Below the pieces are notes generated by a model. It was not told where the DNA came from and did not search any database. It worked only from the letters and a program-made list of their open reading frames with translations. This document shows, in pieces, positions 38,179 to 52,285 of a stretch of DNA of 64,000 bases. Location of the stretch: the NCBI GenBank assembly GCA_951406725.2, contig OX597815.1, positions 115,878,001-115,942,000 of the forward strand, given 5' to 3'. Within the stretch, counting starts at the first letter, position 1; each line of letters opens with the position of its first letter. Position numbers and translations under genes: made by a program. The stretch is from Octopus vulgaris. Lineage: Eukaryota.

Positions 38179-38411
38179 CGTGCCGGTGGCACGTAAAAAG
38201 CTGCCAGACTCCCCTGGCACCTGTGCCAGTGGCATGTAAAAAGCACCCACTACACTCATGGAGTGGTTGGCATTAGGAAGGGCATCCAGCTGTAGAAACA
38301 CTGCCAGATCAGACTGGAGCCTGGTGCAGCCTCCTGGCTTCCCAGACCCTGGTCGAACTGTCCAACCCGTGCTAGCACAGAAAACGGATATTAAACGATG
38401 ATGATGATGAT
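38179..38411 (+). mobile_element. RTE LINE 3' UTR copy
   Basis: Shared terminal motif and (GAT)n tail. Confidence 0.8.
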
Positions 38412-39902
38412 ATAGTAAATATTTCACTTTTCATTTCAAGTAAATTGAATTCTCTCAGTACTTATAAACTCGTATAATGGTGTGTGTGTATATACATACA
38501 TACATACACATATATATGTATATACAGATATGTGTGTATATATATACACACACATATATATGTATATACATAGTCACATGCATATATTATATGTACACAC
38601 ATGCACACACGATTAAATAATTTACATTATTTTTTTGGTTTTAATGAAATTATATTGTAAAACTTTGTAATTGATTACAGTTGGGTTATGTTTGAGAGAT
38701 CTTAAAACAAATTATTGATAGACATGGATACTTGAACATTTTTAAAGTATAGCTACTTAAATAAAATTTTAAAAAAATGAACATAACTTATTTGTGACAT
38801 GTTCTTGTTTCATTGATTATTAACTAAAGTGAATATGTACACTGAGACACTTGTTTCTACTGGAATGGTGGTATGTGTAGGGAAGTAGATCCTTTCTTGA
38901 TTGCTTTCATCAAATTCCACAAGGAGTTTCATGTAGCAATATTTTCATGATATTGATAACTCATACTAGAGTTTAATCAGTGGTAAAGATAGTAAGACAG
39001 CTGATTCAGAATTTAAACTCTTCCAACCCCTCTTATAAAATTTGATTGTAAACAAATTTTGTGATATGATCTATATCTTAGTCACTTTGATGCTTCAAAA
39101 GCAGCTGCATCAATGGAATAAATATCGGTGAGTGAATCAGATAAGCTACTTTCTTGTGAATTTCATAAAATGAGCTAATTTAATCAGCAAATAAGATTAA
39201 ATTAATCCTCAATAGAAATGTACTGAAGCAAAATACATCATTTGAAGCTGTATACCATCAGCAGTATTTTACATTGATCAGATACAATAAATATCAGGTA
39301 CAATAAATAGATGATGAAAATTGGGACTTATTGCATGTAAGGTGTCAGTTTGCTTATGATAGTATCTCTGGATAAGGCATTTGGGGAAATCTTGGTAAAC
39401 CAAAGATCCACATGTCCAAAAGAGAGTAAGGTAAAAGGTTCATGAGATTAAGTGGGGAAAAAATTTTTTAGTCAAATTTTAAAATCAAATTGTCAGTCTG
39501 TACCTGGCTTATTTTTTATCTCTCTTTCTACACACACACACTCACCACATTTAATGTTTGCTTCATGCTGGCATGATTTGAATCAAACACGTGCACACAC
39601 AATTTCACTGTGCATATGATGATTTATTATCAGTTGGCAGATACCAACTAACAGGTTTTTTCACTGAAGTTATAAACAAGAGCCTCAACTCTTAAATTCA
39701 TTAGTCTGGGTATCTCTGGCTGATAACACAACAATTTTTTAAAAAGCAACTGTCTCAGAGTCCCTTGCACTGATGACTCAAACATATTTGTCATAAAGGA
39801 GTTGTTCTCCTGTGACAAAATGCTACAGCAATTAACATATTCATGTTTAAATCTGCCAGAACATATTAATAAATAGGCAAGTCATTGTTTCTCACTGTTC
39901 AC

Positions 39903-39936
39903 TGTGTGTGTGTATGTATGTATGTATGTGTATATG

Positions 39937-39974
<38 letters not shown>
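39903..39974. repeat. (TG)/(TATG)/(TA)n compound microsatellite
   Basis: Directly visible. Confidence 0.95.
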
Positions 39975-39976
<2 letters not shown>

Positions 39977-41627
39977 TATAAAGAAAATGCAGAGTTTGAA
40001 CACAAAAAATCTATTTATTTATATTTCATATCACCTACATATGTTTCAAATTTTTACCTTCATTCATATTTTGCAATTAAGATAGCATTATATATTTAAA
40101 AGGTAAAAATCTCTTCAAATATTTGTTCACATCTTAATGGATGGAGAATTGCTTACAGACTGAAATAGTAGCATGCTTTAGTATGTTGGTGTTTGTCAGC
40201 ATGTGTGTCTTTTGGATTCCTTTCTAAAAATAGCTTGATGTTAAACAGTGGACATTGGCTAGTGCTAGTGCTGAGGAACTAGATCATACTATCATTCTCC
40301 TTAGATTGGTTTTATAAAGGCTGGCTAGTACTCCTATCTTTACTCACTTGTGAAAAGAATAAAAATAAAATATATATATTTCATATTAGCAAGAATCCAA
40401 ATCAATATATTTAACATCTACTTATTTAGTTGCGAGAATTTCAATTTTTATTGAATTTTTATTTATTTAGATGTATTAGTCTTATTTGTTGATAGTTTAG
40501 GTTATTATATATATCTTTAGTTAAATTCATTTTTATATCTAATGGGGGTATGATTCACTATGTATCACATGTATGTAGTTAGACTATTTTCAAATGGTGA
40601 GAGTACATTATTATATTATATTATATTAGTGTATATGTGCATAGTTTTACTTAGCAACAGCTGTAATCATTACTGATAATAATGATGATGATTAAAGAAA
40701 ATACAATAGATCAATGCACAAATATATAAATTTTTCTAAATTAGGTTCCTGGATGATGTAAATATTTAGAATAAAGTTTTAGCACTATAACACTGTGTAC
40801 AATGTTGGTGACTTTTTAAGCATTGTAGTTCTTTGTGTAGTCCTTGACAGAGCAACATATAATTGTCTATGGGGAAAAATGGACCTTTTTCACTGAATAT
40901 GAAACTGAAAACCTGGCAAACACAATTGTTGGTCTAATTTGTTTTGTTATCAACATGGAAATTTACTGACTTTTATTGCAAAAGCCACACAAATTGGAAG
41001 CTGTACTCATGTAAGGGTTAATGGCACTGTGATATTGGGTTTCAGTTTATTACTTGACACAATGGCATGTTTTCTATTCTTCAACAATGTTTGTAAATGG
41101 GTTATTCACATTAGCTCATTGTGCAATGGCTTGTGATGGCAGTCACATTGAAACCATATTTCTCATCTATAGTTCAACTCTCTGTTGATAAAGGTGATAT
41201 TTGATTTTAAATAGCTCTATTCTTTTGAGTTTAGAAAAAATTCAGGAGGGATATTTCAATCTGCAAAGTGTTGCAAATCATTTTGTATGTTACATACACT
41301 CACGCAACTGTTTGGTTAAGCAGTTCACTTTGCAACTGTGTGATTTTGGGTTAGTCTCACTGCACAATATCTTGAGTGTCTTCTATAGCCTCCTGCCTTA
41401 TGAAAAGATCTCTCTTATACATACACGTTATCAAGGACTTCCTACAATTTCTCTCAACCATATTCGCTTACAAGGTATTGGTCAGCCACACTGTGACTGA
41501 ACCTTAAACCATATGTTTGTAATACAAATTTCTTAATCTTACCACTATACTTGTCCCTATACACATTTAAACACATGCAATCATAGGCATGTAGATGCCT
41601 GTATGTATACACATGTTTAAATGTTTC

Positions 41628-41677
<50 letters not shown>

Positions 41678-41699
41678 AATAAATAAAATCAGAAGTGTT

Positions 41700-41961
41700 A
41701 AGACTGGTCCCTCTGGTGTAAAGCACTTGTAATGGTGTCATGTAAAAGTATCTGTGCAGTGCCACATAAAAGCACCTGTGTGGTGCCATGTAAAAGCACC
41801 CAGCACACTCCGTAAAGTGGTTAGGGTTGAGAAGGGCATCCAGCCATAAAAACCTTGTCAAGTCAGATTGGAGTTTGGTGCAGCTCCCCAGCTTGCTAGC
41901 TCTGGTCAAACCATCCAACCCATGCCGGCAAGGATAATGATCGTTAAATGATGATGATGAT
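41700..41961 (+). mobile_element. Older RTE LINE 3' UTR copy
   Basis: Tandem AAAAGCACC subrepeats, GAAGGGCATCCAGCC, CCAACCCATGC and a (GAT)n tail. Confidence 0.75.
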
Positions 41962-42940
41962 TGCGTGTGTAAGCATTTTTATCTGTTTTCCATACTGATA
42001 TACACACATGCATTTGTGTATGTGTGTGTGTGAATTTGCATATTCGTTCAGAATTGCATTTATTATAAAATTATTGAATCGGTCTGTAAAGTGAAACTTT
42101 TAGTTAATGCAATTCTGAGTCAACCTGTTAATGTAGTCATAAACTCTATGAAACTTTGTGAGTGCACTTTACTTTAGTTTGTACACTTACATCTTGTCTG
42201 TCTGTTCTTCTCTGTCTTTCTCCCTCCCTCTCTATCTGTTCATTTTGAATTTCATTGCATCTATGTAGTTCACATATGAAAATTTTGTTGTCACATGATT
42301 TTAATTTCTAATTAAAGAGGGTGTCACTTCAACTTTACTAATGTTAGTTTTGAAAATTGAACTTTCTGTGTTTCTAATTAATGATTAAAAAATAAAACAG
42401 GAAATCATTTAATAAATAAATCATTGAACTTAGTCATATGATTGTATTTATTTTTGTAATTTAATAATTTTTCTTAATTGCTTTCATATTTTTTAGTTTT
42501 GATTCCTAATTTCATTGTCAGGATCAGTTACTATGAGTCAGAAAATATTTGGTTTCTTATCAAATATTCTTTGCTATACTGTTATAAGTGAATAACCTAT
42601 TTATCCTTAACTCAATGCATTGGCTTTATGCCTGGGCTCATCATGCTTTGCTTTTTCATTTTTATCTTGATTTTAAAATCTATTTGATGTCTTGTTTTTC
42701 ATATTTAATTTATACATCCAATTCGTGATAGCTGCCTATTTCAGTGTTGATTTTAATTGTTTCACTCTTAGACTTGTGTGTGTGTGTGTGTGTGCGTGCG
42801 AGAGAGAGAGAGAGGTAACTCAAGTTATTTTTGCACTGAATTTGCTTCTGTGTTTCTTGGCTGGAAAATAATTTCATAAATATGTCAGTTTAAAATTTTT
42901 ATATGTTTAGGAATGGGGGATTCTTTCAAGATTTAGCTGA

Positions 42941-43047
42941 CTAACAATCATTGTGGAATAAAATATCTGGGTATCATTACTAACAGTCATTGTGAAATAA
43001 AATATCTCGGTATCATTACTAACAATCATTGTGAAATGTTATATCTG
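42941..43047. repeat. 39-bp tandem repeat, ~2.7 copies
   Basis: CTAACAATCATTGTGGAATAAAATATCTGGGTATCATTA repeated. Confidence 0.9.
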
Positions 43048-45323
43048 TTGGTAGGTTTAGTGCTGGCTATCTTATACTGTCAGCTAGACTATGGCAAGAT
43101 GATTTCTTATTGGTAAAGTGGTAAAGTTTATGATCTATTGTTGAAATCCTGCCTAAGTGTCTATTATATAGAGCTTTAACTGATCAAAACCTCTAGTTTT
43201 GAAGCTAGCCATGATTGTAATTGACAGCTACTTATTTTAGATACACTACAGCAATGTATCAAATAATTTTGTTGCTGTGGGAAACTACTTAGTCTCAAAG
43301 CAATCAGTTTCAACCAACCAAACAATCAATTACTCATTTGAACACAAGATAGATGTTTTTAACTCCAATGTGTTAACATCTGGTGAAATAAAATGTTCTA
43401 TGGTCACTTGTCTTTGACCTATTCTGGTCAAGTACAGTTGAAAAAACAAAAGTTCAACTACTCACTTTTTTCTGGAAACTTCTGAGGAAATAGCACAATA
43501 TCTAACCATGTATTTGATTCATTTTCTTTTGTGTTAGATTATCATGCAGTTTGTAGTTAGGAACCTTCAGCCCACTCTGTTTTTACTCTCTCAAGATTGT
43601 GTGGGAGTATCTAGATTTGTGTATGTGTAAATAATATCAGTTGTGAATAAGTGTTCTCTCAACTTTGAAACCAATTATACTTTTTTTGCTTTTCTTCCAA
43701 TTTATAGTATAACAGTCCTATTATTTCATTGATTTATTGTGTGCATATATGCATGCAGTGTGCATGTTGACTTTGAAATATGAAAATGTATTGTTTTTGT
43801 TCTCATCGCTCCATGCTTTTCTTCAACTGTAGATGTTCGATGAAAGAAAATGACAATTGCCATTCTTAATCGATTCTCATATCATCAAATGAATAGCTCT
43901 CAGTTAGATAATTGGCTGATATAAATATTGTATTTCATAGGGGATCTTTTAGCAGATATTGTTCTTTAGTTTTATGTTTGAGCTGCAAAGTTAATAGTTA
44001 AGCAAGACAAAATCTTGGAGCTGTCTGGACTGTAATCTGACAATTATTGAAGCTTGAATCTTAATGTAAACAGTGTATAGTAGAGTTTTCTTAAGATTTG
44101 CAGCCATAATGCAGTCACTTGGAGATTTTGCCAATTTATTCAAAATAATTTAGCCTGTCATTTACAACTCCAATTTCTGAAATCTTTTATATAAAATAGT
44201 AGTTAAATATTTTATGAAGTGATTAGAAAAAGTAGTTTGTACTTTCCTGTCAAGGAAATAATAATTGTGATAAAAATTTAGTAAAATGATATTTTTCTAA
44301 AATATCTTACTCTCAAGTTAAGTGCTTGGCTTAAATTACAAAATGACCATTTAACAGCCAGTGTCTGTCACACATAGCAAGGTGAATATGAATAAATTTG
44401 AACCGGAAGTATAATGTACAAAGCAGGAAAGATTGTGAAGATGAAATGGATTTTCAATGGTCTCTTTGTTTTACTTTACTCAATATATGGATAATCTTGC
44501 CTCTCACAGTATACAAGCATTTTACATGGCATCAGTTTTTACATGGCATCTTTGTCAGTTGGTTGACCATAAGACTTTCCACAGAATATTTAAGTTTTTA
44601 TGGCTGATATCCAAAGCCTATGAATGTTGAATTCTTTAGTAATGCAGCCTTTCTCCATATCACAAAAAGGTTTTGAATTTAAGGATCTTTGAATATCTTA
44701 AAATCAATATTCATCACAAATAGTTGTTTGGTTTCATGTCTCCATGGATTACTTGGAAGAATCTACCCAAAAGATTTTGAGAAGGGACAAAAAATGAAGA
44801 GCAACAGAAAAATATTGATAGATCTTGTTCCACATTAAAGATTTTGTTTAATCAAATACATTTTGATAGCTTGTATGTGCATGCATACTGATTCTGGGTG
44901 CTTGCCATTCGATGAAGTATCTATCTTTCCAAAAGACACAATTATCAGTTATTTACAATAGGCAGAGATACTGTGATACAGAGATTTCCCTTTTCTTGAT
45001 GAAATATTTTTATATGAGAATAATAGACAATGAGGGAGAATAGCATGTCTACATTTTTGTTCCAGTACTGTACCCCATTCCTGTCTGTGATAAGTATTAT
45101 TTGATTTTGTGTGCTTGTGTTTGCATACATGGACATTTGCTAGCTCCCTAAGCAGCTTTGGTATACATTTGGATAAGATTATTGAATTAATGCTTTTTTT
45201 GACGGTTCGATAAAGTAACATAAAAGTTTCAGAATGTCAAGTAAAGACTATCATGAAAAAAAGCTATATCACACAGTATGTGGCTTGGTATTAAATACAG
45301 ATATTTATAGTGAATTTTTATAA

Positions 45324-45463
45324 AGTAAAGATTATTTGCCAACATAATGTGGCAGTCCTGGTTTAGGACAAATGTTACTAAACCAAGACTGCCACGTTAT
45401 GTTGGCAAATAAATCTTTACTGTTACTGAATGTCTCTTGTTGAGAGATTTACAAAAAATTTTA
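45324..45463. repeat. Fold-back insertion: ~43-bp inverted arms, flanked by 13-bp direct repeats
   Basis: Arms at 45324-45366 and 45378-45421; AATTTTTATAAAG at 45313-45325 and 45464-45476. Confidence 0.8.
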
Positions 45464-45747
45464 AATTTTTATAAAGATTAACTACATTCTCTATGCTCGC
45501 ATGAACTGGATGGTTGTAAAATTATGAACATTAGCTCAAATTATTGGAGCTAACAGTTTACAGTTGAATACTTTTCTTTCAGGTAACAATTTAACTGTAA
45601 AGTTTTATGTTACTTATTTTCATTTAGATTGGTTGAAGTACTAAAATGCATTTAGTTTACAAACTTAAATATATGCACACTACAATTGGACCATTGTTGT
45701 TTCATACACATTATCTGTCATCTTAATTACTACACTTATAAATATAA

Positions 45748-45794
<47 letters not shown>

Positions 45795-46269
45795 ATATGT
45801 ATAGTTGTATGCAGAGTTGTAAAAAATAAATTTCATGCTCATATGTATTGAATGATCCTTCAAAAAATGTTTGAGTATTTTTAAGTATAGCTATACATAA
45901 AAGCAAACATTTATGCAGACACATATATACACATGTGTGCTTATATGCATTCCTGAATGTATGATGTTAATGCACGTATGCACTAATATTGATATCAGCT
46001 GATATTGAATGAACATTTTGGCAATAAATTGAAAGGAAAGACAACTAAGCAGGTAATATACAACAGAATATCTTCTAGATATTTCACTGATTTCTATAAT
46101 ATCAATTTAATGGCAAAAAGTTACCAAAATCACATTAATACATAAAACTAGCTTTTTGTGTGGAGATAATCTAAAATGATGACATTGTAAACATGGTTTC
46201 AGATATTGAGTTAAAAAAAGAGACTTTGATTTTGTTTATAAATTAAAAAGAAAAACATAATAACAAAGT

Positions 46270-46435
46270 AGGTGCAGGCGCAACTCTGTGGTTGAGAAGC
46301 TTCCTTCCCAACCTTGTGGTCTTATGTTCAAACCCACTGTGTGGCACCCCTGCTCAACCAAAGCCTCATGGGTGGAATTAGTAGATGGAAATTGGAAGAA
46401 GCCTGTTGTATGTGTATGTGTGTGTGTGTGTGTGT
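46270..46435 (+). mobile_element. SINE head fragment (CORE-like family) running into a microsatellite
   Basis: CTGTGGTTGAGAAGCTT...GTTCAAACCCACTGTGTGGCAC...GTAGATGGAAATTGGAAGAAGCC. Confidence 0.6.
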
Positions 46436-46502
46436 ATATATAATCATCATCAGGTGATATATATATATCATCATCAGGTGATATATATATATATATATAT
46501 AT

Positions 46503-46506
<4 letters not shown>

Positions 46507-46566
<60 letters not shown>
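46507..46566. repeat. (CA)n microsatellite
   Basis: Directly visible. Confidence 0.95.
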
Positions 46567-46569
<3 letters not shown>

Positions 46570-47117
46570 GTGTGGTGAATAAACTGGCGTCTAAATTACT
46601 TAAAAATGAAAATAACACTAACATCTGATTTTAACAGATATAGTTTGCCAAAATTACATAAAGATACTTTGAAATACTGAAGAGTAGATTCAACAAAATC
46701 GCCATTGGCTTCAACCACAGCCTCCAGATGACTTCAGACTCTCCTGCAACTCTTCTGGATGGTCTCCTTGTTTAAGTTAGTGTATGCTGCCAAATCCTTG
46801 CCTTCAGTTCATCTTTGGTGTTATAAGGAATTTTGTTGGTCTCTCGCTCAACTGTGCCCCACAAATAATAATCAAGGGGGTTGCAGTCTGGGGAGTTAGG
46901 TGGCCAGATGTTAGGGGTGATGTGGTTGCAGAAATTGTTTAACAGCCATAACTGAGTTCTCCTGCTTGTGTGGCATGATGCAGAGTCCTGTTGCCAGACA
47001 TGGAGTCTCTCAGCAGCCACCCTCTTGACCCAAGGCAGCACTGCCTCCTCCAGATATTTGATGTAGGCCTCTGTGTTGAGTCTGAGGCTGTGTGAGAAGA
47101 TGAATGGAGCCATAACA
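46566..47117 (-). mobile_element. Tc1/mariner DD37D (maT-family) transposon 3' half
   Basis: WQQDSASCHTS...WPPNSPDCNPLDYYLW has 37 residues between the second and third catalytic Asp. The C-terminus ..LEAVVEANGDFVE is frameshifted, and the TIR-like CAGGGTGTGGTGAATAAACTG starts at 46566. Confidence 0.88.
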
Positions 47118-47243
47118 TGCTGGCTAGCATGGATTGGATGGTTTGCCTGGAACTGCTCAGGTTCCAGTTATCTATTTTGGCATCGTTTCTGTGGTACATG
47201 CATGCAAATATATACATAGATTAGGTATTCCATTGTATTAGAC

Positions 47244-47560
47244 CAGTGTTTCTCAATATTTTTACCCTTGCGTAGCCCTTAAAATAAAGGACATGTCACA
47301 AGGAACCCCTGCACAGAAAAAATTATATACCATATCTTTGATATATTTTTCATTGTAGTTCACATGGTAAATATCATATATATATATATATATGGTTGTT
47401 ATATTTTTTGATAACATAATAGGTTAAATAGGATTATGTCTATATTACAATAACCAATAATATGTTGTGCATGTATTAGCATTAGCTTATCTCACTCTTT
47501 CTCGGAGAACCGCTAGGAATCTTTTGTGGAACACTAGGGAACCCTGGTTGAGAAATGCTC
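47244..47560. mobile_element. hAT (Buster/Charlie-type) MITE with 8-bp TSD
   Basis: TIRs CAGTGTTTCTCAA and TTGAGAAATGCTC; perfect TSD TATTAGAC at 47236-47243 and 47561-47568, with a central TA. Confidence 0.88.
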
Positions 47561-48824
47561 TATTAGACTATTGACTTGTTATATATATGCTGGCTTAATT
47601 TTGTATTGCATTTAATCCACATACCATCTGATATTCATTTTGCTTTCTATTTCAATTTCTGTTGGTTACAATTATGGTATGGTGTTTAAAAAAATGTTTC
47701 TCAAAAATTTTAAGGATTTAATATTTAAGCTAAAGTATTTGCTAATGAAATTCATTACTCCTCATTTTTTAAATGATAAAAATATGTGAAATAACTTCAG
47801 AAGCTGATGCTTCCAATTCCTTCATATATTATTCTTTTAAAACAGATGAAAGACTGTTATTTTATCTTTAGATATAAATTAATTTCAAAATAATTTATGC
47901 ATAAGATGGCAGTATGTCAGAACCTTAGCTAATTTTTTTTTTTTAATCAATTAATCAGGGAGAAGAAAGTGATCAAGCCCTTTTACAGGGGCTTAGAGAC
48001 TGGTTGGAGAAAGGGAGGGAAGAAGGTATTCTTAAACCAGAGACCTACCCTGAAAGGATTCTATTAAAGGCACTCAATGAACAGTTTCTGGTGTTCATGA
48101 AGGTGACAGATTAAGTCTGTGACCCAAGTAAGCCAATGAGATTTGAACTTAGCAAAGAACTGGAAGAAATATTTGCAAGGCATTCCCTCTGATATTTTAT
48201 TTATTGACTATGAAAGGTAAAGCTGACATCGGCAAGAAGCCAGAATGAACATTACAAGGCATTTCATCCAATGCTCTAAGGATTCTACCAAATTGCTGTT
48301 CAAGGAATATTTGATGAGGTTATTTGTTGATATTAGTGGAGTGCTTTTTGCATAAGCTTCTCAATTTCTTGATGCTGCAGCAGATTTCTTGAAAAGTTGC
48401 AAAATTTTTTTCTCCCTTTCTATGCTTTGAAAGTAATCTCAGGTAATTATCTTAATCATCTATGTTATCACTGAAGTAAATCAAATATTGTGCCAGCTTA
48501 AATAAACTATAAAGATTGCATGCACATTAGTGCTTCAGAAAATGTCAGCACACTCAGAATTTTTTAAGCATGGAATAGACTATCTGTATTGGTTGTTGCA
48601 CCCTTCAAAAATTCCATACTTCCTGAAGTTCATCAATACTACTCCTGATGTGCCTATTCATCCTTTTCTCTTTACAGCTGTTCATTTGCTCACTTTTCTG
48701 TGTTTTTGTGTTTTATACCATGCATGATTTTGGAATTCATTACTGTCTGAGTTTGACTTATAGCTGCTTTCTATCCCCTCTTTTACTCATACTCTTAAGT
48801 GCATTATAACAACAGAAACCATTA

Positions 48825-49185
48825 ACCTGATTACTTGGCCTGCTAAAAGTAACAGCCAAATCCCCCTTAAATCACATTTTACTGTCTCAATAAAGGGACA
48901 CATTGGATAATATAGACCAGGGTACATACATAATAGCCGAGAAAATCATGCTGTGAATGATCATAGTTGGTATACCTTTGATCATAGATCTACGTGATCA
49001 GGTATGATCTGGGGTTAAACAACAACAATTGAAGCTTTTGCATGATTGGCTGTCCCAACAGAAACAGTAGCCAAATTTTACTTAAATCCCACTTTTCTAT
49101 GTTAAATGAAAGAAATATTGCTTAATATAGTCTTAGATATGCAATCTGGAGATAGAATGAATGGCAATGTTTGATTATAGGTCTA
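48825..49185 (+). mobile_element. Two tandem fragments of a further old interspersed repeat with (AAC)n tail
   Basis: GAAA..GTA(A/G)CAGCCAAAT...TAAATC.CA...TTTGATCATAG.TCTAC units; relatives at ~11340-11520 and ~26130-26295. Confidence 0.5.
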
Positions 49186-49269
49186 CTTCAGAGGTCACCA
49201 AAGTATGGCCTGTGACGCCAGTCCATCTGGTTCATCACTGTACTATACCTTTTGTGTAAGTACCTGCAA

Positions 49270-49495
49270 TGAGAGTTCATTTGCCTCTGGTATGGCATCA
49301 GTGTTTGGAGCAACTTATGTCTGTGAGCAAGCATTTTCAAAAATGAAGTATGTGAAGTCAGCACATCGAACAAGGTTGATTGATGAACATTTGAAAGCAA
49401 TTATCTTGGTTGGATGCAGCAATTCTAAAGCAAATATTGATGATATCTTAAAAGCTAAAACACCAGTTTCACAAATCTCACTAACCTTTTTTGTT
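49270..49495 (+). pseudogene. hAT (Buster/Charlie/SPIN-like) transposase C-terminal dimerisation fragment
   Basis: MASVFGATYVCEQAFSKMKYVKSAHRTRLIDEHL matches the FGSTYxCEQxFSxMKxxKSxxRxRLTDxHL motif. Confidence 0.85.
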
Positions 49496-50586
49496 TTGCT
49501 TACTTGAGAGGTATGCTAATGTCGCCGTCTTTGATAACTTTTTAGTAAATAAATATGGTTATCTTTATTTTTTTGTGTATTCACTGTATTGTATTGAGCA
49601 AAATGGTCATGCAGCCTGTGCTTGTCATTCTTTAAGTGATCTTAGATGATATTTGAAATGGAGATGAAAGCAAATGATGAAAATGACTACATAATGTTTA
49701 TACACACATACACATATATAACATTATTTCTATGTTATCAGCTTCACCCTTCTGGTACTCTCTTGGTCTTATAATCTTTCAATTATCGTGTTATTTTCCA
49801 TTTGTTAGATGAAATAGTTTCTTATGTGTGAGTGAAGTTACCATGGTGGGAGGAGAAACTGGAAATTACTGTTCATGTTTTCTTAATAGTATTAGTTTAG
49901 TAAATGAAATTATTCCAACTGAATATTGAATCTGAGCTGTTGATTCAATTTGCAGATAAGCTGATTCTTAGCATGCAACTGTTTATAGTTATTAAAGAAA
50001 AATAAATTGAATGAAATATTTTTATACAAATATGTTCAATAGCCTTTCTTCTTTTCTCCATCTCTCTCAAAATATTATTTATTTATATGGGATTTATAAT
50101 ATTTTTATCTTTCACAAAGACTTTGATAGTTTCACTTTTTAATAAACCTGAATAGCTTTACTTGCACTTTTTACTCATCCTTAAAATTAGTTAACTGATG
50201 TAACTCCCAGCCTGTTATAAATATAGTATTGTAGTTTAGCTGCTGAGCTACTCTACTTTACTAATATATTTTAACACGTTGAATGTTTTTATCTAGTCAT
50301 TTACTGGCACACAAAAATAACACTTTATATGACTAATGCCATTTCGTTTTTTTCCTCTCTATGTTGGGGGAGTATATTTTGATGTTGAATAGCAAATGAT
50401 TATGTAAAACCTAATGTTGCGTCACAAAGGAAATGTCTAAAGAAAGAAAAAAATGTGTCACCCTCTTCAGTCATTCATCTGAGTAAGCATTGTACTAGTG
50501 AATCTGTTGAATCTACTTCTAACTTCTTAAATAGAGAAGTTTAACAAAGAACTACAAAATGGTAGGAGTTGATGACTAGGTTTTAT

Positions 50587-51022
50587 ATCATCATCGTCAT
50601 AGCATCCACTTATGCTAGCATGGGTCAGACAGATTTTGTTGAGGCAGAATTTCTATGGTCAGATACTCTCTTTGTCGTTAACCCTTACCTGTTTCCAAAC
50701 AAAGTGGTATCTCTGTATGGAAAGGCATGTTTTCACAGCAGATTGGAAATGAAACAACACTACTTGTATGATGCAATGCACATCTGCAGCCATCACATGT
50801 CAAGACAAGCTGATACAAACATACATACTCACACATGCGCGTACACACATACCCCCCCCCACACACACACAGAGTAGGTTTCCTTCAGTTTCCATTTCCA
50901 AAATCTACTCTTGATGCTTTGGTCAGCCTGGGCTATAGTAGAAAACACACAGTGCCAGGACGTAGAGCTGGACCTAAAACCATGTAGTTAGAAGTAAATT
51001 TTTTAACTATACAGCCATGCCT
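50587..51022 (-). mobile_element. tRNA-headed SINE with RTE-like tail, reverse copy
   Basis: (ATC)n...ATGCTAGCATGGG...GTTGAGGCAGA...CACACAC...CTATAGTAGAA...ACAGCCATGCC. Confidence 0.65.
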
Positions 51023-52214
51023 ATATTGCATTATGGCTGTAATTTTCTGTTCTTTTTATGTGTGTGTGGTTATTTAGATCTTTCTATAACGTATTTTGAG
51101 CATAACAGCTATGCTAGCATTTTTAGTCTTCATGTGATATCTTGTAATCAGAGCTAGAATTGCTAAAAGTTTGTATTGAGACAAGTATGGAAATATTAGG
51201 CTCTGGATACCATATTAATATTTCTGAGATATTCTTAAAATTTATTTAAAGACATTTTGAATGACCTCTAACTCTTGCTTATAATTACGTACTTTTAAAT
51301 ATACCATAAATTAAAATCATAACAATCACTTGCTGAATGTAGCAGATGATATTTCTGATACTTAGTCTGTTGCTCCCTCTTAATGAATCACATTTAGCTT
51401 GCAACTTTTATAGGTTCTCTAATTTCAAATTCACAAAAAGTAAACATTGTCTTTTTCTTCTTGAATTCCTTTTGAAGGAGGAAAATTAGTGTGCATAGCT
51501 AAATTGTTTTCTAAGCAACCATTAATGTTCTGATCAGTATGTCAGTATCAGTGATTAGTGAATTGTTTCAAGTTATTTGGATGTTCATTAGTGACTTTTG
51601 TTATGAGCTTTTGCTGAGCAATTATCAACCTGATGTAAATTGACTGACTCACTGAAAAATTCAATTTCGTTTTATAAAACAATTTGCATTCAGTATACCA
51701 AGGCATTTAATTATTGAATTCTTATAAGGGTAATTTTGTTTTTATTAAGAATAAAAATCAAAAGGACATAAAATTACATGGAATATTCTTTTAATTTTGC
51801 TGGGTTTTTTTTCTCCTTTCTTTTTCATTTTTGTTTTTGCACATGCACAGTGTAAGAACACAAGAACACTTTCCTTTGAAAGTTGTTGCCATTAAGTAAC
51901 TGGTAAACAATTAGTTCAGTAGCAGACACAATATGTTCAGTCTTAGGATAGTGGAATTAAATTAGAATTCTTGTCATCTTCAATTTGTGTATTGTTGTTT
52001 TGAAGTCCTCATTTGGTGTGGAGTTATCTAAGAATCAACAGGATGCTTTGATAATTAGTTTATTCTATGGTACTTGGGCTATGTATTGTTTATTATTTGG
52101 GCTTTCTGATATAAATGAAGCTGTATGAAGCTTGTATAAGACATGCATACTGAGTAGTAGTGGATTTTGGGCAAGTAAAGAAAATTTGAAACAATGAGAG
52201 GGAAATAAACTGAT

Positions 52215-52285
52215 TGTATAACATAGGTGAAAACATAGGTGTATAACATAGGTGAAAACATAGGTGTATAGCATAAGTGAAAAAC
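52215..52285. repeat. 25-bp tandem repeat, ~2.8 copies
   Basis: TGTATAACATAGGTGAAAACATAGG repeated. Confidence 0.85.

Noticed and set aside
49205-49507. Domesticated GTF2IRD2/ZBED-like gene
   Set aside because: Only the last ~70 codons of a hAT transposase, abutting other repeats.
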